A stretch of 64,000 nt of DNA, from contig NC_088796.1 in the NCBI RefSeq assembly GCF_011386835.1, positions 130,138,001 through 130,202,000 of the forward strand, read 5' to 3'. Positions 38,156-51,800 of the stretch are shown piece after piece. Below the pieces are notes generated by a model, which was not told the origin of the DNA, made no database searches, and was given only the letters and a program-made list of their open reading frames with translations. How positions within the stretch are numbered: the first letter of the stretch is position 1; every line of letters begins with the position of its first letter. Position numbers and translations under genes: made by a program. Origin of the DNA: Chrysemys picta bellii. Its lineage: Eukaryota.

Positions 38156-39830
38156 AACTAGCCAGCCATTATGGAACCCATTGACATTCCAAAACACTAT
38201 ATATAAATAAGCAGCCAAAATCAGAAAAGGAACAGGGATTTAATACTTTTTTTAATGATTATTTTTGTGAAACATGTACTCTTTTCATACGGGTGGCTTT
38301 TACAAGCAACTTTATCATTGTTCCTTTTTTTAATCATTGTGGTCATGGAAATGTTAAGATTCTTATCTGATTAAGATACAATCTAGAGGAGGAATCAGTT
38401 ATTTAAAAAAAAAATTAAATCAAGACTATCAGATTTATCAGGTGTCCCTCAAAATTGAAATGTAACCAAGAATTACCTTTAAATCAGCTCATTTAGGATT
38501 TTATATTTAAACTCAGATGCATCAGTGACTTCTGGGGAAATGTTTCAGATTTAAAAAACAATTAAAATTTTAGGGGCTTTTAAAAGGGTTTCAATGAGAG
38601 TCATAATTATAACTCATTTGTAGTCAGTCATTTTACCCACCAACCCTATTGGGGCCTAGTGGGGTTGCACATTGTTTTGTTTATAAATTTCAGATATCAA
38701 AATAACCAACTCCTCAGGTATTTAGATGTTGTGGGAGCCCCTGTATTTCTATGAAAGAGAAACTAGAAAATGGGAAAGGATGAGTTTTATATGCAACTGT
38801 TTTCCGTTTTACTTTATTTTCCCCTTTGAGTTCAGTAGCCTCCTTTGCACTTCATAAGGCTCCTTTGAAGGGTATGGATTCTCCAAACGAGCAGTTGAAC
38901 AAACTGATCATTAAAACTCAGCCTTAGCCATACTCCTCATGGTTCATTCATGACTAGATATAAGGAGGCTGGACATGGGGAGAGAAACAAGGAGTATTGT
39001 AAGTTGTTTTTATTTCACTCCAGAGAGATTTGGGAAGTGTAAATGTAAATGGCCAAGCCTGGGCTGTTTTCTCATTCATGTTCGTACCGTATGTACTGTA
39101 ACCGGCGGGTAAAACAGGCGAGGGTAGATACACATTTCTTTGGAAATGACACTGCCATGGGATCTAAAGTTATCCACTAACCATAAGAGAACTTGTTCAT
39201 TTTAATTCTTGAGTGTTTAAAACTTTTCATTCCTGAAGCTTACCAGATATGAATGCTAATACTCCATTGTTCAGCTTCTTGTAATGGTAAATGCTTAGTG
39301 TATTTGCTAAAAACTCATGATCTGTTCATGCGATATACTCCTTTTTGTTACAATTTTTTAAGAAAACTATTTTTGTTAATGTAAAGTAAATATTTCAGAG
39401 CAGAATTTTTAAACTTATTGCACTAAAGACAAGCTCTGTAAGAATAAATAATGCCTCAATGGTTTGTTCGCTCCATACAAGAAAATCTTTTGAAAGAGAG
39501 CAGCCCTTCAGCTAAGCTTTGCAAATGGATTACAGAGGGATGTGTGGAGAAGCATACGATTAATGCCACCAGGGTTTGCTTATGTGCTTCCTTTCAAAGG
39601 ATCAGACCTTTAAACTGCTGCCGAAGGGAAAAGGCATCCTGTAGTTTTTTAATTAATGAGTGCTCTTAACAGTTCCAGTGGTAGCTAACTACTTCTGTTT
39701 TGTTTCTGTAAGTCATTTGATACTTCAGTTTTTTCAGACTTCTTGCAATAAAAATCAGGATGAATAAAAGGATTTACCCTTATCATAACACAGACCAAAC
39801 AGTATGAATATAAATAAACTGTAGCTGTTT
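38156..39830 (+). other. SLC44A1: SLC44A1 3' UTR (proximal part; true end uncertain)
   Basis: AT-rich sequence with no obvious repeats, directly after the stop codon and ending in a cluster of AATAAA hexamers. The 3' end is inferred. Confidence 0.6.
39443..39818 (+). terminator. Candidate polyadenylation signals (AATAAA at 39443, 39747, 39763, 39813)
   Basis: Four canonical hexamers 1.3-1.7 kb after the stop codon, three of them within about 70 nt. Usage is not shown. Confidence 0.5.
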
Positions 39831-42531
39831 GATTGCAAAAAACTGGCTTAGGCTCTGATCCTGCAAACACTTATGCAACTGTTTAGCGTTATTCAAGGAA
39901 GTAGTTCCATTGACGTCAGCAGGACCGCTCATGTAAGTCAAGTTATACACCTGTGTAAGCATTAACTGGATCAGGGCTTTAGTCTGGGATTTTAAATGGA
40001 GCAGTGGTTAGGTCTCTCAATGTAAATTACATGCATCTGTCAGGACGTCTCGGAGGTGTTAGGGCAGCCTTCTCTTGTGCCCGGAAGGAGGCTGCGGCAT
40101 CAACGGCCAGAAGCGCACTGGCTCAGCTGCAGCTCTGGAGTTTGGAGACTCAGAATGCTTGCCAAGATCGGTGGGGTTTGGCAGCGAGTTCAATACTGGC
40201 TCAGCAGGAACCTAGGAGCTGGATTCCAAAGCCAAGAAAAGGATTGTCGTGTACCTAGCTACTCCACAGAAACCGCAGCTTACACCCTGCTTCCGAAGAC
40301 AGCATTTGACGTGCTCTGACGGAAGCCTTGGATTCTGCTCACTTTGATGACCTAACATCATATTCCTGCCATGACAAGTTCCACAACTTTGGGTTCTCTG
40401 CTCCCTGGAAGCTGTGGGGGAAGGGGGTGCTTTTCAGTTAACTTACAACTGGAACTGTAATCAGAAACAGAGTTTGTATTTTTGTATAACTTGCCTGTGC
40501 ACCATTTTTATAACAGGGCCTGTTTTACAAATAAATTGGTTTTCTTATCACAGTGCGTAGAAGTAGTTATGGACAATACTTTTGTATGGGTAGCTGTAAT
40601 TTTCAAGTTATCTATCATGATAAAGTTCTTAATTCAAGTGTACCATTCCTTAGCGTATGTCCAGCATGCTTAGCTTCTCAGTTACAAAGTAGGGTCATGC
40701 CTTACTGAACTATCCCAAATGCCCTGGCTGTTCAAAAGCATTCCTTTCCCAGGCAGGCTTTCTAGTGGCACTTCAGTGTTTTGGATGCTCTTTGAAACTT
40801 ACTTTTGCAGCAGCCTACAAGCTGCCCTCTTCCTCCCTAGTCCCTCCTTTGTGTGTGGAGAGAGAGGTGGAAAACAAGTCTCTAGAGAAAGTTGCTTGCA
40901 GAGCAAGTTTTAGACGCTCGTTGCCTGTCCTGATAATGAGGGTAGTGGGAATGTGATTTCTCCTGCAGTAATATCTACACCTGGCAGCTGAGATGCTGGG
41001 CACTGCCAGTGATAAAGGATTTAGACACTTCTTCCTATCTGGTTATCAAAGCTAGTGTCAGTGCTACCATTCCCCCCTGTACCGGGCGGCGCTTACTGGC
41101 GAGGGGTGGCTCAGAAGGATAAAGTTGGGGAAGCCATCTCCCCTGACGCTTAAAACCTCTGCCTAAGCAAGAAGGATTAGAGATTCAGCCGGGTCAGCTT
41201 GGATTTAAAATCCTAGCCTGGGTGAATGACCGCACATTTGGATTGTAGCACGTTATGCAACATATTCCTAGCTTTGGTCACAGAAGACCTGTTCGCTGCA
41301 CTTCAGGTGGAGGCCGAGCAGTGTCCGGCCCTTCTTGCCTCCCCCTGTTCTTTAAGGACAATGTGCTGGCCACAGGGAGAACACACGTACCTGCGGAAAA
41401 GCTCTCATTTCTATATTTCTCTTTCAGCATAGGGGCAGCTGCGCACCAGCTCCCCTTTGCCCCACTGACCTCAGCATGTGCCAAGGGCATCCTCGCCTCC
41501 CCAAGGCAGTGATTCAGGAGATCACCTGGACTAAATGGGGGGATTTAAGGTGCTTCCCCACCACTTATCTCCTGCCTGAGACCATCCCCTCTTCCTCACA
41601 GCAGTTGCAGTCATTGCAGTCGCCATACCGCCACCTGTGAGATCTCCGCGCGGCTCTAAGCATGTGATGCGAACAACTCAAGATGCATCCCCAGCCCCTG
41701 TTCTTAGTTTGATTCCTGGGGTTGCATTCAACCCCAAGTGTGCCCGTTGGCAGGGCTGTCTTACGTACAGCTTTCATTTGGCTCTGTAGCTCGAGAGAGT
41801 CTTGTTGTTCAGTGTCTCCCTTCTTGGTCACACACTAAGTGGGGCTCACTCAACCTGGAAAATCCAGTTATGGGCTCACAGCCAATCTCGGGCTTCTCCA
41901 GTAGCTTCTGTATAACTCCCTCTGCTGACGATAGCTGCCTTTGAAAGGGCTTTCCCCACAAGCAGCAACTCCCTTGCAACAAGATGCCCCCTTTTTCTGA
42001 GATGCACACTGGCTGGTGGCTCTCCCAATGTAGAATGGTAGAGACAAGAGTCCCAGCTGAGTCAAATGTTCGACCAACTGATCTGCCAGGATTTGAGTTT
42101 CTTTTTAACGTGCCCTCATGACATGCACTTTAATGGCTTGCTCTGAGCAGTTAAAATGTATTCTATGAATGTATGTTGTGGATTCAGAGTAAGATGCATA
42201 TAGCAGACTTTTGTATAGTATATAATCACCAAACAGTGATCATTCTGGTCTTCATGCATATTACACATTGTATTGAGTAATAGTCATTTAAGAAGTACTG
42301 TGGACCAGATCTAAGAGTGGGTATCTAACTTCAAGTGCCCAGTTTTGAAAGTCTTGGCCTGGGCTTATATGGTCACTATTTTCCTAAATCTAAGCATCAG
42401 TTTCATAAAGTGTTTGTTAGTAATAAGTCCTGAGCTACATTATGGCTGAACAAAGCCTGTAGTTTTTCAATTTAATAGTCCCAAACCCAGCTCTAAAACT
42501 AACAGATTTGTCTGAAACATTGTGCACACTC

Positions 42532-42688
42532 TGTGGTTTGAGCATTGGCCCACTAAACCCAGGGTTGTGAGTTCAATCCTTAGGGGGGCCATTTAGGGAT
42601 CTGGGGCAGAAATTAGTCTTGCTGAAGACAGGGGACTGAACTTAACTCAATGACCTTCCAAGGTCCCTTTCAGCTCTATGAGATATAT
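42532..42688 (+). mobile_element. Turtle Pol III SINE, 5'-truncated
   Basis: Same body as the other copies (gtggtttgagcattggccc..aaacccagggttgtgagttcaatcc) plus a CR1-type tail. The A box is missing. Confidence 0.88.
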
Positions 42689-44348
42689 AAGTCTGATAAC
42701 AAAGACATTCAGTTAAGTCACTTTTAAATGTTTTTTTTTTAAACAATGTCTTTGTTGACACTTGCTGTTAATATTGCCTATGGGCAGAGACTAGTAAGTT
42801 TCTCTGTTTCATATGCTGTCTAGCCACTGTGTTCTCAAGCTGCTTTCCTTTCTGGATAGATTAGAGAGGGCTGGGGTCTCAACTCTTTTGTTTGTAGCCT
42901 GGGATGTGTTATGGAAAACACTGAGAACCGTTGGTGTACCACAGTGCTGCAAAGTTTAGCTTCAACGTAGCAAGAGAATGCAACCAAGCCAAAACGATTT
43001 TCAGTGACATTCTAAAATCATGAAAATACTTTTCTAGTCCCATTAAGCTATTTGACTCCATTTATTTTTTAAATAGATATAGCCACCTACCATTCTCTTT
43101 AACGAATGAAACAATTAAAACCCTTGGGGCAACTTTTCTCCCCAAAGGGGAAAACATGCAAATTATAATGCTCTGAATATACCTGTTCTCTACAGGATAT
43201 TTCAGAGGAATTAGAACAGATAGTTGTCTGGAATTTCCATAGGGAATCAGCCAAAATCCTATAAAAATAGTTGGTGGAAATTCTATTAAAAACACAAATT
43301 ACCAAGTACTATGGGGTCAAAACCTGTTTCTTACTGCTGAAATTGGTTCCAATTGATGTTCAAATAAATGAAGCAGGATGTTGGACATACCTTAATAAAG
43401 AACTAAGAGTGCTGCAAGGTTTTACAGCAGAACCACCACCAGTCTTGAAAACTGAACTGCAATGCTTTAAATAAATTCAAAGAATGCTTTGACCTCTGAA
43501 TTATTTGATGGAAGACATAGGTAGATTAAATTACAAGCAGCAGACAATTTAAAACTACCTTAAGGTTGTTTTCTCTGCAGCAGTTAAAGGCATCACTGAC
43601 CCCTAGAACAGCAATGCCTGCATTTCTACAGGTATTAACTTGCACGAGATGGGACAATGCTTCTCTGGACAAGTACAAATGTGTTTTGCTGGGATTTTCA
43701 GAAGAGTTTAGGAATGCAATTCCCGTTGAAAGTCAGAGGGAGTTTCATACCTCACTCCATTAGCCTCCTTTGCTCTTAATGCAAAAATACTTCACTTACT
43801 AGAATGTTGGGATTGCGTAGACCTTTACCAGGAGAGTGAGAGCCCAGGTGTAAGTTAGGGGACCTACACAGCAGAAAAAGGCCAGAGAGGCAGTCAGCGA
43901 GGTCTCTTCACTGTGGAGTAATATTCCTAACAAAGCAATGCAACTTAACATGAGCAGAATAAAAAGAACCCTCCAACCCTCCTTCCCTGGAACATCTGTG
44001 CAAAAAGAGAGGGAAAGCTGAGCTGCAGTTCACACTTTGTTCGCTAGGAGCCAGGTAGTCATCCTGTGCCTGTCACCTCAGGATTATTCATGTTTGTCAA
44101 CAGCTCCTAGTTCACAGGCACAGCCCATTCCCAGTGAAGTCAATGGGAGTTTCACCCTTAAATGTAGTGTGAGCAGAAGTAGGCTCTTACTCCACCTCCT
44201 TAGACAGATAGGGGAAGAGACCTGTATACCCCCAGCCCCATATGCTCTCTCCTGGTTAGTGGTACATTGTAAAGCAAATCTGAGTAGTGCTTGGTTTACA
44301 AGAAGTCTTGTTTCCTTCCTGCCATTTTGAAGGAAGTTCTCTTTGTAA

Positions 44349-44545
44349 TAGACTCATTAGACCAAGGCTCTGGCTGAGTTACTGAAGTCCTCAAATATCG
44401 ATTTAAAGACTTCACATTATTGAGACTCTACCATTTACTGTAGTTCAAACAAAAGTGCCCCATGGTGCAGAGGAAGGGGTCTCTGCCAGTCTGACCTGGG
44501 GAACAATTCCTTCCCAGCCCCAAACGTGGCAATGAGTTAGACTTC
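44349..44545 (-). mobile_element. Old CR1 3' fragment
   Basis: Shares ctgag.tactgaagtcctcaaat...tttaaagacttca...gtgccccatg with the 29417 fragment. Confidence 0.6.
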
Positions 44546-46914
44546 AAATGCCTTATCTATTGTACAAGCTGGAAGCCCTAGAAAAGATGAGCTGAGGGAA
44601 TGGATGGTAAAACGTAGATTCACCCTAGCACAGTTCTGTCACAAGGTGTTCCCATCCTGCACCACAAAGATTGGGAATTGCTGGCGGGCTGGTGGGCCTT
44701 GCGGACGTGCTGAGGGTCTAAGATGGGTCTCTAACTCCCAAGCACAGCTCTTTGGCCACAGTAAAGTAGGGTACACATCTTGCTTCAACAGGGCTGTAGG
44801 TAATTACCTTGATTTTTAACAAGGAAACAGATGACAGGCACATGTTTAATTTTAGGGGCGAGGCGGGGTCTGGGAGAGAATAAGGCGGGGAGGGGGAGGC
44901 ACTCTGCGAAGTAGTACTGCCCTTATGTTTTCTAACACTCATTCTTACAGGGCCAGACCCACAGCTGGTGCAAATCTCGCTCTAAAGACATTGGCATTTC
45001 ACTGATTTACAGCAGCTGAGGATCTGGCCCACAGCACCGTCAGCTCCCACACTCAACATGTAGGCTGCAGGTGTTGCCCCCCTGGCTTCACTGTGATTAA
45101 AACAAGCATGTCTGTGAGCCAGGAGCAGAGAGTGATGGTAGAAAGTAGGTAGCTGGGAGGGGACATGTCTCCAGAACAGCAGTGGATTAGAACGACACCT
45201 GGCCCAGATCCACAACTTAGCTACCTCCTTCCTCTCCAAAATAGCCTTGTTTCCTTCCTCAAAGCCTGAGTAGTGTGTGCTGTGCGCCCTGGCTAACTGG
45301 GGGGTCTCAGCGTCCAGCCTCTGGCTGTGTCCACCTTCCCTTACATAGGAGTGGGCCCCCAGGGAGCAGCCTGGACCCAGGGTGTGTCTAGGAATCCTAC
45401 ACGGGCAGCAGATGGCAGCCATCAGATGAGTGCTCTGCCGCTTGTTGTCCACTAACTCATTGGTGCCCGCCCCATAGTGCAAGGGGCCTGCCTTAATCCT
45501 CCCCTGCTACCTAAACAAACTGGTTGGCCCTTGGAACAAAACCGTAAACAGAATTTACTTACTTCTGCAGTCCAGATAGGCATTGACAAAGGTTGGCTGG
45601 AGCCCTTCACAGCTGAGTTTCATAGGCATAAAGAGGTCAGAATATAGCCTACAGACCCTTCTTAGTGGCTCAGAAAGCATATGTACCGTTGCAGAGTTTG
45701 GCAAGTGTTGGGTCCTCTTTTATGGTCTTTTAGCAAGTAGGCAATAAGGAAGGTGCAGCTGTCTACCAGCAGATTGGCATTATTTTTGTACTGTTGGGAT
45801 TGTATCACAGATAGTTACTATATTTGATACCGAAAAAGTGGGGAGTCAAAATCTGTTTGGAAATGCTGGTTTTACAGACCAAACATGGCTTAAGTACTTG
45901 CAGATGGCGTTGTTACAGTCTTTACCACTACTTCATCCTGGTGCAGGCTTTTCATCCAGATCACGCATACTTCTAATAAGGGGAGCAAACCCATGGAATG
46001 TATTAGCAATTAATGTTGAATCTTGCTGGTCCGTTTACTAAGAAGTGTGCTTCTTTCCAATGGAATGCCACCTCCTTTTGGAATAAAACTAGTTAACGTG
46101 ACACTGTTTATTGTTGTCTGAGAACCTGAAATGTGTTGTAATGAAAATTGTAAATGGTGGAGGGAAGGGAAATTAACAGTTCTGATCTAATATTAGATTT
46201 TCTGTGTAAACTGACTGTGGCAGAATACTGATGCAAACTGTATTTTAGTCTGACAAATGTATAGAATTTTTTTATGTATCAGAATAAAGTTTTCTAGAAA
46301 AGACTTTTTCATGTCTCCTCTGTTGGCTGGCAAGATGGTTTCCCTTGCAGTATGGGTGAGTAGTAGAGCGGGACTGGGCTTGGTGGGCAAACTTTGGCTC
46401 TGGATTAAACGTCCCCTGAGGGTATATGGAATAAAGACTTAGAACTACAATGTGGCCTATCCCCACCTGGGTATTAAAATGTGTTAGCCATCATGTTTCT
46501 TATACGCGCACCTTTTTTTCCTGCCGTAGGCAGATGTCTATCCAGTCCCTCACTGTCTGAGATAACACATTTGCAAGCAAATATGCATGAGCGTGTTACT
46601 CTAATGCCCCAAGGCTTAAAAAGGCAGCTCTAATATTAGACCATGCTCCTCACTGTAATACCTCATTACTACTGACAGTAGCACCTGGAGCTCTCAAAGG
46701 ATCAGCATTCCATTGTGTTAGGTGCCGTACACAAAGACATGCTCCCCACTCTGAAGCTTTTACAGTCCAAGGCCCCAGTTCTGCAGTGCTTTATAGACGT
46801 GCTTAACTGGGAGTCTCATGGCACATTTTTATGCCCTTTCAGGATCAAAGCCCAAGAGGACAAGTAGCATAGCAAGGATGGGAGTGCAGAGAGGCAGCAT
46901 AATCCTGTGGATAG

Positions 46915-47032
46915 GAAACTGGACTGGGACTCGGGGGACCTGTGTTCTCTGCTACAGCCTGCAGTGTGACCTTGAGTGAGTTTCTGCCTCCCTTTTCCCA
47001 TCTGTAAAATAGGGGTAATGTTACTTACCCAC
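46915..47032 (+). mobile_element. Ancient CORE-SINE (MIR-like) fragment
   Basis: Resembles the CORE consensus from memory: gtgtgaccttgag...tttctgcctc..ttttcccatctgtaaaatagggg. A related reverse-strand scrap lies at about 49190-49420. Confidence 0.5.
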
Positions 47033-47949
47033 TCTCCTGTTCTGGGGCCAGTAAATGGGTTTAAGTTCTTTGAGATCAGATGAAAGATGTTCTATAAAAG
47101 GGAACTTATGAGATCATATCTGAGCACCTCAATGCGGCCTAGTTCAGTGGGATCAGAGAGCTCCCCTCCTTTCCCCCCGCATGATAGCTGTCAATTTCCT
47201 CTTTTGTTACTGCCAGTTTCTCAATGGACTATAACCAGCCATGCAGAGCGGTGTTTTCTCCCCATGTTATCCTTTATTTCCTGCAAACGCAATGCTTCGG
47301 GGGCTTTAATTTAACGGGGAGCTATTGCCAGCTCAAACCTTGAAGTTAAAGCCATTGTGAAGAATCACTAAATACAATTAGGAGGCATAAAGGACTGATC
47401 AACCAATCAGAACGTTGGACTCCTGCAGACAGATGGGGCCTCATGTGGTGGAACTAACTACCCCTAAATTAGTCCATTTTAACTGGGAAATTCCATTTTA
47501 AAGTGACACTGAGGGACAAAACATCCTCCGTTATAATGCTCTGCGTGTGCATGCGCTGGCAAGCACCAACAGTAGGCTAGGTGCCCTACAGACAGGTAAG
47601 ACAGCCCTGCCTGCCTCCCCCTCCACACAACACAATCTCGTTTTACTTTGTGTCTCAGTGCGTTGATGATGCCCCAGGCCCCGTCTGTTTGGCTCAGTAT
47701 CTCAGTCACCGTTTGTCAGCAATGAAGCTGCTCAGAACCAGAATGGCACTGCGCGCACACGGGTCATTCGGAACTCAACTGGCTCCTGTTGAACTTTGCA
47801 GGTGTAAAGACTTCAGGACAAGGCCCTAAGACAGTCACAGGCTGGCTCCCCATCTGCCTCATCTTCCTCGGTGGCATCGCTGCCCTGAGGCCCGCGGCAC
47901 TGCCTTGTGGGAAACAGCATTGACTCCTGCTTGTTTCTGAACCAAAAAA

Positions 47950-48420
47950 GCCTTGCAGCTCTGGGGGGGAGAGGAAAAGGGAAGGCATAGAGGATGGGCC
48001 TGGAGAGATCTGGACAGGGACAATGGGGAAGGGGAGAACAAGCATGGAGACCTGAAATGGAGGCGAGAATTGGGGCTTGACCTGGGTAGGCTCAGAGGGA
48101 AGCCTGTGATGAGTTTGCAGAGAGAATGGGAACCAGAGGGATAGAACTAAAAAGATGAAACCCACGCAGGGAAATAGATGGGAGGGACAGAGATTGTGTG
48201 GAAGAGTGGACAGGAACCAGAAGGAGAGGGGAAGGAAGGTGGGTGAGGTACAAGGAAGAGGGAAATGGATTGGGGAAAGAATGAGAAGAGGGTAAGGGAA
48301 AACCAAGAGAGAGAACCAGGAAAATATTAACAGGAGGGAAAGCGAGAGCATGGAATAGAGAGACATGAAACGTAGGAGAGGAGAGCACAAGAAATGAAAA
48401 AGCAACAACACACACAACTG
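47950..48420. repeat. Purine-rich low-complexity tract
   Basis: Strong G/A bias on the + strand (gagaagagggtaagggaa...). It gives rise to the Leu/Ser/Phe/Pro-rich minus-strand ORFs. Confidence 0.75.
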
Positions 48421-48770
48421 CCTCATTCTGGAACACACACAATTCCACAGTCAAGATGCTCTAAGTGCAATAATCAGTGTTTAACCCTGGGTCACACTGT
48501 CTGAAAAACAACCCACATGGACCCAACTCTGGCACTGACAAGTCGAAACCCCAGGGCAAAAAGCTTATCCTGATGATTGACTTTACCAATAAGCACGTTT
48601 TGCAGATATGGCAATATCAAGACCAGATCTGTACCTCTGATCTTAAAATCTACAAATATCTGACTCACTAGAATAGCTCATTGAACGTCCATGTAGTGCT
48701 CAGGGTTGTATTTGGTACCCTGACAAGGCATCAAAGGAAAGACAAAAGTATAATTACAAAATAGAAGTCT

Positions 48771-48885
48771 TAGAAATGTAGGGCTGGAAGGAACCTCAAG
48801 AGGTCATCTAGTCCAGCCCATACACTGGGGAAGATTAAGTATACGGAGACCATCCTTGACAGGTGTTTGTTCTTAAAAACCATCA
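48771..48885 (-). mobile_element. Old CR1 3'-end fragment
   Basis: tagaaatgtagggctggaaggaacctcaagaggtcatctagtccagccc is the reverse complement of a CR1 3' UTR terminus. Confidence 0.7.
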
Positions 48886-51800
48886 GTTTCACCTTCTAAA
48901 AAAAGGCAGGGATTTATGAATTACCCTAAGAATGAAAATACCAAGGGACTATTGTTCCCCTGAAATAAAAACCATAAACAATTTTCTCTACTAAAGTCCC
49001 ACTTACAAAGAACTTGTTCAGTGTAGACAAACCCCAGTGAAATTCAGTGCAACAGCCTCAGCAACAAACCAGTATCATGGTTCTGTTGAGACGCCTTAGA
49101 GTTATTGGCCAAGCCATGCAATCAGGGCCTGATCCATTGACCACCGTTTCTTTGCGTTTATACAGAGCCTTCGGTCTACCCCTCTTTCTAACTTAGCTTC
49201 TCTCATTGCTGTAATACCTGAGCGCCTCACAATTTTTAATGTATTTATCTACACAATCCCCCTGTGTGCTGGGGAACTGAGGCACCAAGGCCCAGAGCCT
49301 CAACTGATTGCAATGGAAGTTTGGTGCCTAAATACCTTTGAAGATCTGGGCCTAAGTTACTTGCCCACGGCCATACAGGAAGTCTGTGGCAGAGCAGAGA
49401 ACAGCTGATTCACAGGCTAGTGCCCTCTCTGCTGGCCATCCTTGCTGTCTCCCATGTTCTAACTGGGAGGCCTTTAGATTAAAGCCAGAGCATGACTTGG
49501 GACCCACATTTGAGCCTGAGACTTGGAGAGAAGCAACCAGACCCATCCCATCCACTTCCATCGCTGACATCAATACCCAATATACATTTTGTTGCCCAGA
49601 GTTTTTATTCCTCTAGGATTTTGTATTTAAAGTGGGAACTCTGCTGTCTAAAACCTGTCAGAAACGTAATTTAAACAGAAGGGCCTTTTGTCATTATTTC
49701 TGGGATTGTGGCTGACTCAGGGCTGTGATTTCATGTCCAAGGCATTCTAGTGTGAAATACCTGTTCAGCCATTTATTTGTCTCCTACCTGATTACTGTCA
49801 GCTCGGGTGGCTGGATAAATCAACTCAGAGGGGTCTGAGGTATGCTTTTTTTAGGGCATGTAAAGCTGTACTGGGCTCAAAAATCTGTCCCAACATCGGA
49901 TTTTCTTAAATTTTATTGCATTCAAGGTAAATAAAGGACAATTAGATGACAAGTGAAGAGTATGAAACAGATCAGCTGACAGCAATAAAAGGAAAGTAGC
50001 ACTACACAGCTAAGCGCTGGTCCATCATGGGGGTTCTCCGCACTACCGTTATACAAACCATAACAAAGGGGTGTTTGTTTTTTGCAGTTTTAAAAAGAAG
50101 CAAACCCAGACTAGAAATGCAGGTCTGAATTATCCAGATTTACACTGCAGCCAACTTGAAAGTGAACCCTGATTGAAAATGAAAGTGATAGTTACACTGT
50201 GCAGAACTGTTTCATTTTTTGTTCACATCTACACTATTGCCAGCTCCAAGTGGTCCAGGATCATGGATCAAGCTCCCCAGGATCATGAGTTTGGCTTGAA
50301 AAAATAATTTATGTTCTTTTTTATTTGCTTCTAGTTTTTGACTCTTTAGTGGTCACGTTTCCAGCTTTTCTCAGCAGCCATGAGGGCTAGAGATTTACTT
50401 AAAACCAAAAGAAAAAAGCAAAGCTGAGATTCTCATATAATCACTTGACTGCAGGAGTAGGGAAACACCAGATATTGGGAGAGTTGGCATACCTGAAGAC
50501 ATCTGGGTAAAAAAGTTCTTTGTTCAGGATTCAGTAACCCCATGCTTTGAATCAAGGGCTGAGAAAGCATCCAACCTATGTTTAAGTCATCCAAGAAGTT
50601 CTCCAACAAAAAGCAAGAAAGACAAGATTTGACATTCCTGATCATTCTAAAAAGAAGCAGAAAGGACCGTTTGTCCCCTCCCCCGATACACCTGTCTTTG
50701 TACCTGATATAGCGAAGAGGAAGGCCTGGTATATCTGTTCCCACACCCACAGTTTGCAGGTCATCCTTAAAGGAAAGAGAGGGTGGAAGAAGTGACCAAG
50801 GGCTCCTTTGCAGAAGCAAAACAGCCAACCTCAGAGAATTCAAAGTTAAGGGGTATTTACACAATCTCCAGGGCTCACATACGCCTTTGCAGGTGGGGTT
50901 GTAGGGCACATGGAAGTGGCAATAAGCAGCAAGACATAACACAACAATATAAGAAGGTGGCTAGTGCAGTTGTGGGAAATACAGAGATGAAGGTGACGAG
51001 AGCAGTGCTGATGGGACGCGTGGGTGTCTTATCTTGCAAGAGGCCCTGCAACACCCAGAGCCAATGCTGGAAAAGAATGGAACTGATGCCAGATCCATGC
51101 ACAAATGTGTGTGCAAATTGGGCACACAATTACTGCACTAGTGCGGCTAATACCAAAGTTACATGTGCAATTGCACAAGCAAGTTAAGCGGTCGACTGTA
51201 CGTGTCTAGTTTTGAAAAGCTAGCAGAGTCTCGGGGGTATCAGTGACAAATATCTTGCACCGAAATAGTCTGTGGTTCATTTAGAAAAACACTTCTCTCC
51301 TTTGCTGAGCGATACGGTTAATTGTCCCTACAAAATACCGGCTCCAGTCTCCATCCTGCCAGCTGTGTATTGCCAGTGTGTTTCAGCCTGAGGGCAAATC
51401 CCATGATGAGGAATATACAGCATTGTGTTTCTAGAGCTTTGCCGCTTCATCTATTATCATTTCCTTGCTTCTGTAATCACAACATGCAATGATAATAAAA
51501 AACCTGGCAGGAATTAAAAATATTCCAACTACATAGCCAATTAGCCAGCCACTGCGTTGCAACTTGGGCGTGAAATAAATAGCCTTTGGCTAGCAAGGGC
51601 AATTGAGAAATCAAATCGGTGCTCTGAAAAGGTTTCTGAACTACGGAGCCTGGTGCCAGCATAGCATCACAGGAACACCACTATGCACCAAATCCATGTT
51701 TCCTAAAATATGGACCATGTGTCCATCTAAACAACAGTTAAAATATGCTAGTAATTCATTTTCCTTGTGGACCAGATTATCAGTGTGAAGGAAATAAATA

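Noticed and set aside
39082-39090. TCGTACCGT, identical to the 5' end of miR-126-3p as I recall it
   Set aside because: It is in the sense orientation (a target site would be its complement), only 9 nt long, and has no precursor hairpin. Chance match.
47764-48454. 224-aa and 120-aa minus-strand ORFs
   Set aside because: The L/S/F/P composition follows from the pyrimidine-rich minus strand, which is poor in stop codons. No homology recognised.
50433-51187. Overlapping 169-aa (-) and 134-aa (+) ORFs
   Set aside because: No recognisable domain, atypical composition, no consistent splice-site framing, and partial overlap with degenerate repeats.
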